Below, piece by piece: positions 58,605 through 64,000 of a stretch of 64,000 bases of DNA. Within the stretch, counting starts at the first letter, position 1; every line of letters starts with the position of its first letter. Below the pieces are notes generated by a model, which worked only from the letters and a program-made list of their open reading frames with translations, had not been told where the DNA came from and did not search any database. Location: NCBI GenBank assembly GCA_964450515.1, contig CAYVEI010000001.1, positions 12,885-76,884 on the forward strand, in the 5' to 3' direction. Position numbers and translations under genes: made by a program. The stretch comes from an uncultured Terrimonas sp. GTDB lineage: Bacteria; Bacteroidota; Bacteroidia; Chitinophagales; Chitinophagaceae.

Positions 58605-59705
58605 ATGAAAAATGTAAAAGTAAACGCCTACCAGGTTGGATTGGTTTTTAAAAATGGCGTGTATCAGCGGATGCTGAACGAAGGAAGCTACTGGTTCTGG
58701 AGCAATGAAACCGTGCAGTTATTTGATATAACCAAGCCATTCAATGCACCAGTGGAGCTGAATTTATTATTAAAGGATGCTGCACTTGCTGAGGCATTAC
58801 TTGTACTGGACGTAAAAGACAATGAAATTGCTTTACAATATAAGAACGGTTTGCTGGAAGCAGTATTCGGTGCAGGTCGTTATGCCTTTTGGAAAGGCGC
58901 TGTTGAATACAAATTCATAAACGCAGATATTGGAAAGATTGAGATCACTGAACCTGTAGAACGAACGGTATTGTTACATCGCCTGGTTGCCCCATTCGTT
59001 CGTAGCGTAAGTGTGGAAAGCTTTGAAAAAGCGGTATTGTTTATTGACGGAAAATTTATGCAGGTTTTGCAAAGTGGCGTATACTATTGGTGGAAGAATG
59101 CAATTGCCGTACATGTTGGTAAAATAGATACCCGTCAACAGCAACTGGAGATCAATGGCCAGGAAATTCTGACCAAAGATAAAGCGGCATTGCGTATCAA
59201 CGCATGGGCGCAATACCAGGTAACTGATATTGAAAAAGCCCTGCTGCAAAACAAAGAATACGACAGGCAATTGTATGTGGCATTTCAACTGGCATTGCGG
59301 GAATATGTAGCCGGCTTTGGATTTGATGAATTGCTGGAGAAAAAAGAAGCCATTACTCCTTTCATTTTGCAAAGTGTACAGAAAAACGCTGAAGCATTGG
59401 GTATAGTGGTGAATGGTTTCGGCATCCGTGATATCATATTGCCGGGCGATGTAAAGGAGATCATGAACCAGGTATTGATCGCTGAAAAGAAAGCGCAGGC
59501 AAACACCATCATGCGCAGGGAAGAAACTGCCAGCACCCGAAGCTTGCTGAACACTGCCAGGCTGATGGAAGAAAACGCAATGTTGTGGAAACTGAAGGAA
59601 ATGGAATACGTGGAAAAGATCGCAGAAAAGATTAGCAACATTAGTGTAAGTGGCAACGGTGTATTGATTGAGCAGTTGAAGGAGATTTTTGTGCCGAAGA
59701 AATAG
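58605..59705 (+). CDS. SPFH/Band-7 (slipin-like) domain protein without a TM segment
   Basis: The C-terminal half is typical SPFH (IRDIILPGDVKEIMNQVLIAEKKAQANTIMRREETAS...). The N-terminal half has three related segments (VGLVFKNGVYQRMLNEGSYWFW / IALQYKNGLLEAVFGAGRYAFW / AVLFIDGKFMQVLQSGVYYWW). I see no hydrophobic anchor. Confidence 0.75.
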   Translation: MKNVKVNAYQVGLVFKNGVYQRMLNEGSYWFWSNETVQLFDITKPFNAPVELNLLLKDAALAEALLVLDVKDNEIALQYKNGLLEAVFGAGRYAFWKGAVEYKFINADIGKIEITEPVERTVLLHRLVAPFVRSVSVESFEKAVLFIDGKFMQVLQSGVYYWWKNAIAVHVGKIDTRQQQLEINGQEILTKDKAALRINAWAQYQVTDIEKALLQNKEYDRQLYVAFQLALREYVAGFGFDELLEKKEAITPFILQSVQKNAEALGIVVNGFGIRDIILPGDVKEIMNQVLIAEKKAQANTIMRREETASTRSLLNTARLMEENAMLWKLKEMEYVEKIAEKISNISVSGNGVLIEQLKEIFVPKK

Positions 59706-59710
59706 TGATT

Positions 59711-59743
59711 ATGGTTGCCGGCCTTTGGAAGGTTGGCAGCCAT
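59711..59743. repeat. palindromic hairpin element, copy 2 (ATGGTTGCC-ggcctttggaaggtt-GGCAGCCAT)
   Basis: It matches the reverse complement of copy 1 at all but 4 positions. It lies directly after the SPFH stop. Confidence 0.8.
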
Positions 59744-59876
59744 TTATAAAAGAGTGGAAAACGGTTTTAGCCTGGCTTTTATCCATATTACAATGTCTGT
59801 TACGTTACACTCTTCATTGTTTAATAACTTTATTGAAAAACTTAGAGAGCTTAGAAACTAAAAAAATAATCATAAA

Positions 59877-60596
59877 ATGCAAAGTAGAACGATAAGTATC
59901 AAAGCAGAAACCTTTAATTATCCTACAAAAGAAGAACGGTTGAATGCAAATGAAGATTTTCCAAAACTGAAAGTCTTTGATTTTGAAGAAAAAAATGCAA
60001 TAGACCTTCATCTAAATCATAATATCGATTTAGATAGATCTTCATCATATCATAATTTGTACTGGTGGAATAATTGTTTATCTAACAGAATAGGAAAGTT
60101 ACATGAAACCTTTGTCTATGTGCATACGCATTATCATAGAGGCTTTTTAGAAGATATTACAACATGTTCTGAAATAGAAATCGCTAATAAGTTACAATTT
60201 GAATATTATGCTGAATTATTTTACTATTTCTATGTTTCGACAAGAGATATTGTTTATCAAATAGTAAACCTTTATTGCAATTGTAAAATTTTGGATCGCC
60301 AAGTTTCCTTCACTGAATTAATAAATAAGCTAAACGACTTCCCTGAAATTAAGAAATTATTGCGGGACTTTAATAATACAATAAAATCTTCTTCTGATAT
60401 AAGAAATGGTTTTGCTCATAGATTTACTCCAACGATCAAAGACTATAGAACTGATACTTCAAAAATTAATGAACGAATTTCATTGAGCTTTAAAGAAGGG
60501 GAGCATCTTTCATCTGAAGAGATCGTTACAAATATTAATTTTTCTCTAAAAGAACTTGAAATAGCAATAAGCAGCTTAAAAGAAAATATGAAATAG
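59877..60596 (+). CDS. predicted HEPN-domain protein (candidate RNase), AT-rich
   Basis: 239 aa, largely helical by composition. An R-x4-H motif RNGFAH at R176-H181 (nt 60402-60419) with the usual Asn after Arg. Two 60-nt lines counted at 25% (60001-60060) and 32% GC (60061-60120), against 65% for a line inside rtcB (61081-61140). The family cannot be assigned by eye. Confidence 0.5.
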   Translation: MQSRTISIKAETFNYPTKEERLNANEDFPKLKVFDFEEKNAIDLHLNHNIDLDRSSSYHNLYWWNNCLSNRIGKLHETFVYVHTHYHRGFLEDITTCSEIEIANKLQFEYYAELFYYFYVSTRDIVYQIVNLYCNCKILDRQVSFTELINKLNDFPEIKKLLRDFNNTIKSSSDIRNGFAHRFTPTIKDYRTDTSKINERISLSFKEGEHLSSEEIVTNINFSLKELEIAISSLKENMK

Positions 60597-60727
60597 CAAA
60601 ACATGAAAAGCGAGCCGAAACCCGAACGGAGCGTCGCAACATCAGCTCAACCGAAGTTACGGAGCTGGAATCAAAAACCTCTGTGTTCTTCCGTGTCTCC
60701 CTGCCTCCATGGTTCAAAACAAAAACA

Positions 60728-62194
60728 ATGAGCAAGTTAAAAATAACAGGAAAAGAATTAAGAGCCATCGGCTACCCCGAAAGCCGGGTGATAAGCGTGG
60801 CAATAAATGTGATGCAAAAAAATTATAAGCATCATAATAAGGAGAAAGTATTGGAACTATTAAAAAAAATACTGGAAGCGCCGGCTGCATATAAAGACGA
60901 TGGGGTACTGGCATTGATTGCAGAAAAATTGCTGCATACGCTTCACAAGGATAAGGGTGACCATACAGGAGGGGTACAGGTATCATTGCATAGTTCGGGT
61001 ATTCCATTTAATGTATTTGGCAGCGAGCATATTGAAGAAGGCGCCATGCACCAGATGTATACCGCGGCTAAGCTGCCCGTGGCCGTTGCGGGGGCTTTAA
61101 TGCCCGATGCCCACAGCGGTTACGGCTTGCCGATAGGTGGTGTGCTGGCAACACACAACGCGGTAATACCTTACGGCGTTGGCGTGGATATTGGCTGCCG
61201 CATGTGTTTGAGCGTGTTTGATATGGATCCGAAGGAGTTGCTGAAAAAGGAAAATTATTTTATAAGGGAATTAAATGAAGCCACCCTGTTTGGGAGCGGA
61301 AAGCAATTTGATCATGCTGCTGATCACGAAGTAATGGATCGCCCGGAATTCGGAGCGCTGCCCTTACTGAAAAACCTGCACGGACGGGCATGGAAACAAT
61401 TGGGATCATCCGGCTCCGGCAATCATTTTGCAGAGTTTGGCGTGGTGGAGATCAGCCAAAAAGATGAAATATTGGGCATTGACGCAGGGACCTATATAGG
61501 TTTGCTTTCGCATTCCGGCTCAAGGGCATTGGGTGCGGCTATTGCTAATCATTATACAAAGATCGCTAAACAAAAAAGACGCCTGCCGGGTGAAGCCGCT
61601 AACCTTGCCTGGCTGAACTTAGATGAAGAAGCCGGTATGGAATACTGGATATCCATGAACCTGGCAGGCGATTATGCTTCTGCCTGCCACCATATTATAC
61701 ATGCAAAGCTTGCAGGGCAACTGGGAACAAAAGCCATGAAGATGGTGGAGAACCACCACAATTTTGCCTGGAAGGAAGTGTGGGAAGGAAAGGAAGTGAT
61801 CGTTCATCGCAAAGGCGCTACACCTGCTGGCAAAAATGTATTGGGCATTATTCCCGGCAGCATGACCGCTAATGGATTTATAGTAAAAGGAAAAGGAGAG
61901 GAAGCCTCTGTGAATTCCGCATCGCATGGAGCAGGCAGGCAAATGAGCCGCAGCAAAGCGTTACAATCTGTTACCGAAAGTGCATTAAAGCAGGAGCTAA
62001 AAAAACACGGTGTAAAATTGATCGGCGGCGGACTGGATGAAGCGCCTTTTGCCTACAAGGATATTCATACTGTGATGCAAAGTCAACAGCAATTGGTAGA
62101 GGTGGTGGGAAAATTCGCACCAAAAATTGTGAAAATGGACGGCGCAAAGCATAAAATGTGGGGAAAGAAAAGAGATGAACCAACAGGTGAGTAG
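60728..62194 (+). CDS. rtcB: RNA 3'-phosphate/2',3'-cyclic phosphate ligase RtcB, with an N-terminal extension of roughly 95 aa
   Basis: RtcB metal and GMP-site motifs MPDAHSGYG, VDIGCRM, GSGNHFAEF, HSGSRALG and ENHHNFAW. I prefer the ATG at 60728 (MSKLKITGKEL...). Confidence 0.9.
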   Translation: MSKLKITGKELRAIGYPESRVISVAINVMQKNYKHHNKEKVLELLKKILEAPAAYKDDGVLALIAEKLLHTLHKDKGDHTGGVQVSLHSSGIPFNVFGSEHIEEGAMHQMYTAAKLPVAVAGALMPDAHSGYGLPIGGVLATHNAVIPYGVGVDIGCRMCLSVFDMDPKELLKKENYFIRELNEATLFGSGKQFDHAADHEVMDRPEFGALPLLKNLHGRAWKQLGSSGSGNHFAEFGVVEISQKDEILGIDAGTYIGLLSHSGSRALGAAIANHYTKIAKQKRRLPGEAANLAWLNLDEEAGMEYWISMNLAGDYASACHHIIHAKLAGQLGTKAMKMVENHHNFAWKEVWEGKEVIVHRKGATPAGKNVLGIIPGSMTANGFIVKGKGEEASVNSASHGAGRQMSRSKALQSVTESALKQELKKHGVKLIGGGLDEAPFAYKDIHTVMQSQQQLVEVVGKFAPKIVKMDGAKHKMWGKKRDEPTGE

Positions 62195-62294
62195 CTCAAA
62201 TACGGTCGGTACGCATAGCGTTAGACTGTATTTGTTTTTTAAATGGAATAACAATGCCATCTCAAATAAAACTAAATTACAGTCTCAACCAGGT

Positions 62295-62993
62295 ATGATG
62301 CGGATACTTTTAATTTTAATGGCATGCTTGTGGTATAATAACAACTGCGTGGCGCAGGCACAAAAAAGACACGTTGTAAAAGCCGGCGAATCGCCCGATG
62401 AAGTAATACCCGATGAAGCAAAATATGTACTGCCCGCATTTACAGCAGGAACGGCATTTTTAAGATCAGGCGCATCCGTAAAACAACGTTTCAATTACAA
62501 TTGCCTTTTAGATGAAATGCAGTTTTTAAATACCGGCGGCGACACCCTGGCCATTGCAGATCCCGCACTGATTAAATACATCAGCATTGACAGCCTCGTG
62601 TTTTATTACGATAAAGGATACCTGCAGCAGAAGGTACAGGTTGGCGCTTACATGCTCGCTGTAAAACAGCAAATGATCTATATCCCCGATAAAGTGGGCA
62701 CGGCCTATGGCGGCTCTTCGGGCTCTTCGGCAGTAACCACTTATTCAAGCATATACTCCAGCGACAAAGTACACCGTTTGAAAGTAGACAGGGACGTACT
62801 TTTTGAAACGGTAACCAACTGGTTTATCGGCAATTCGTACAACCGTTTTGAAAAAGCAGATAAGAAAGGGTTTTATAATATTTTCCCTTCAAAAAGAGAC
62901 GCCATAAGAAAATACATTGCAAAAAACAATACAGATTTTAATAAGGAAGCCGACCTTGAACAACTGCTGCGGTTTTGTACGGAAAAACAATAA
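62295..62993 (+). CDS. hypothetical secreted protein
   Basis: I prefer the start at MMRILLILMACLWYNNNCVAQAQ (62295). I recognise no motif. Confidence 0.45.
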   Translation: MMRILLILMACLWYNNNCVAQAQKRHVVKAGESPDEVIPDEAKYVLPAFTAGTAFLRSGASVKQRFNYNCLLDEMQFLNTGGDTLAIADPALIKYISIDSLVFYYDKGYLQQKVQVGAYMLAVKQQMIYIPDKVGTAYGGSSGSSAVTTYSSIYSSDKVHRLKVDRDVLFETVTNWFIGNSYNRFEKADKKGFYNIFPSKRDAIRKYIAKNNTDFNKEADLEQLLRFCTEKQ

Positions 62994-63044
62994 ATCTATA
63001 AGTACCTTTCCCGCCTCTGTAATCGTTTCATTTTGCAATCTCTG

Positions 63045-63941
63045 CTACCTGTGCTGTTCATAATAATTTACGGGAATGCACGCACGCAAATAGATCATTT
63101 CATTATCTGTGAGCAGGGGGGTGTGTGTGGCCGCTATAATATCGTTCAGTTGTTCTTTTGTTCTGATACCAGCAATAGCAGCGGTAACAGGCTGCTGCTG
63201 CAGCACAAACCGGATAGCGGTTTGTGCTGCATTGCGGTTCATGCCGGAAATGGCGTGTACGGCAGACTGTGCTTTATATACCTCATCTTCCGTGTAATTT
63301 AAGTATGTTTTTACTGGTTTATTTACCAGCAGTCCGCCGGCCAGGCTACCCCGCGCCAGCACGGCAATATCATTTGCCTGCAATAGCGGAAAGCAGGTTT
63401 CCTCGGGGCGGCGGTCCAGCACACTGTATTGCATCATTACGCTGGCAATATGTGATCGTTTTACATACTCGCGGATCACATTGGGGCGGATAGACGAAAT
63501 ACCATAATACCGGATCTTACCTGCCGCCTGCAGGTTTTCAAAGGCTTCAATGGTTTCATCTAAAGGGTCGCCAATGGTACCGCCATGCAACTGGTAAAGG
63601 TCAATATAATCGGTGTTCAGCCGTCTCAAACTTTGTTCAACCGCGCTAATAATATAGTGCTTGTAAGGATTCCATTCCCATCCGCTGCCATCGGGCCGCC
63701 ACTGGTTACCCACCTTGGTTGCCAGGATCACTTTATCTCTTTTACCCTGCAGCGCTTTACCAACAGAGGTTTCATTCAGCCCTTTCTGGTACATATCGGC
63801 CGTATCAAAATAATTCAGCCCACCCTCAATAGCGCTGTGTATGAGCCGCGCATTATCTGCGTCATTATCGCCTAAAGACATGCAGCCAAAACCGATCTCG
63901 CTTACGGTTAACGACGATTTTCCCAGAAGATGGTAGTTCAT
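63045..63941 (-). CDS. aldo/keto reductase
   Basis: AKR pattern GFGCMSLG, FDTADMYQKG and YIDLYQLH. 298 aa. Confidence 0.85.
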   Translation of the reverse strand: MNYHLLGKSSLTVSEIGFGCMSLGDNDADNARLIHSAIEGGLNYFDTADMYQKGLNETSVGKALQGKRDKVILATKVGNQWRPDGSGWEWNPYKHYIISAVEQSLRRLNTDYIDLYQLHGGTIGDPLDETIEAFENLQAAGKIRYYGISSIRPNVIREYVKRSHIASVMMQYSVLDRRPEETCFPLLQANDIAVLARGSLAGGLLVNKPVKTYLNYTEDEVYKAQSAVHAISGMNRNAAQTAIRFVLQQQPVTAAIAGIRTKEQLNDIIAATHTPLLTDNEMIYLRACIPVNYYEQHR

Positions 63942-64000
63942 ACCCGTTCTTTTGTTTATACAAAGTTCAGATTCCTGGCCATAAGTCCAAATACAATTCG

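Noticed and set aside
60535-61007. Minus-strand ORFs overlapping the HEPN 3' end, the spacer and the rtcB 5' end
   Set aside because: They are nested antisense to well-supported + strand genes and have no motifs.
63005-63017. CCTTTCCCGCCTC resembling the 3' ends of tRNA-like modules X and Y, as a possible att-type island boundary
   Set aside because: It is only 13 nt with one mismatch. My rough estimate is that such a match has a several-percent chance of occurring somewhere in 64 kb on either strand. No integrase is present to support an integration event.

Overview
This 64-kb window looks like chromosomal DNA from a Bacteroidota genome, probably a Chitinophagaceae-like organism. That placement is an inference from a SusC/SusD pair, a T9SS C-terminal sorting domain, a PVC-type haem protein, a Rho with a long acidic insertion and TAnnTTTG-like promoter words. 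Most of the window is ordinary housekeeping: ftsH, rho, asnS, mnmG, nadA, nadD, lpxH, ybeY, birA, rsfS, a tsaC-like gene and ppiD, plus transport genes, envelope genes and glycan enzymes. The intergenic regions carry a family of short dispersed repeats and hairpins. The exceptional region is 56.3-62.2 kb, where every element lies on the + strand. It holds two small terminated transcription units and a tightly packed array of six AT-rich, partly non-canonical tRNA genes (Glu-UUC, Asp-GUC, Gln-UUG, His-GUG-like, Lys-UUU, Phe-GAA). These are followed by a YkuK/DUF458 RNase-H-fold ORF and three head-to-tail tRNA-like modules, one of which lacks the whole anticodon arm. Then come a soluble SPFH/Band-7 protein, an AT-rich ORF with an R-x4-H HEPN motif and an RtcB RNA ligase. 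I read this as a candidate tRNA damage, decoy and repair (RNA conflict) island and rank it as the main lead. Secondary leads are an A9 slippery tract that could fuse a GH9 gene to a start-less CE4 deacetylase frame, 19-nt direct repeats flanking an AAA ATPase gene, and an AT-rich DnaA-box-like cluster between nadA and ppiD. All calls come from reading the sequence and the supplied translations. No database search or RNA folding program was run.
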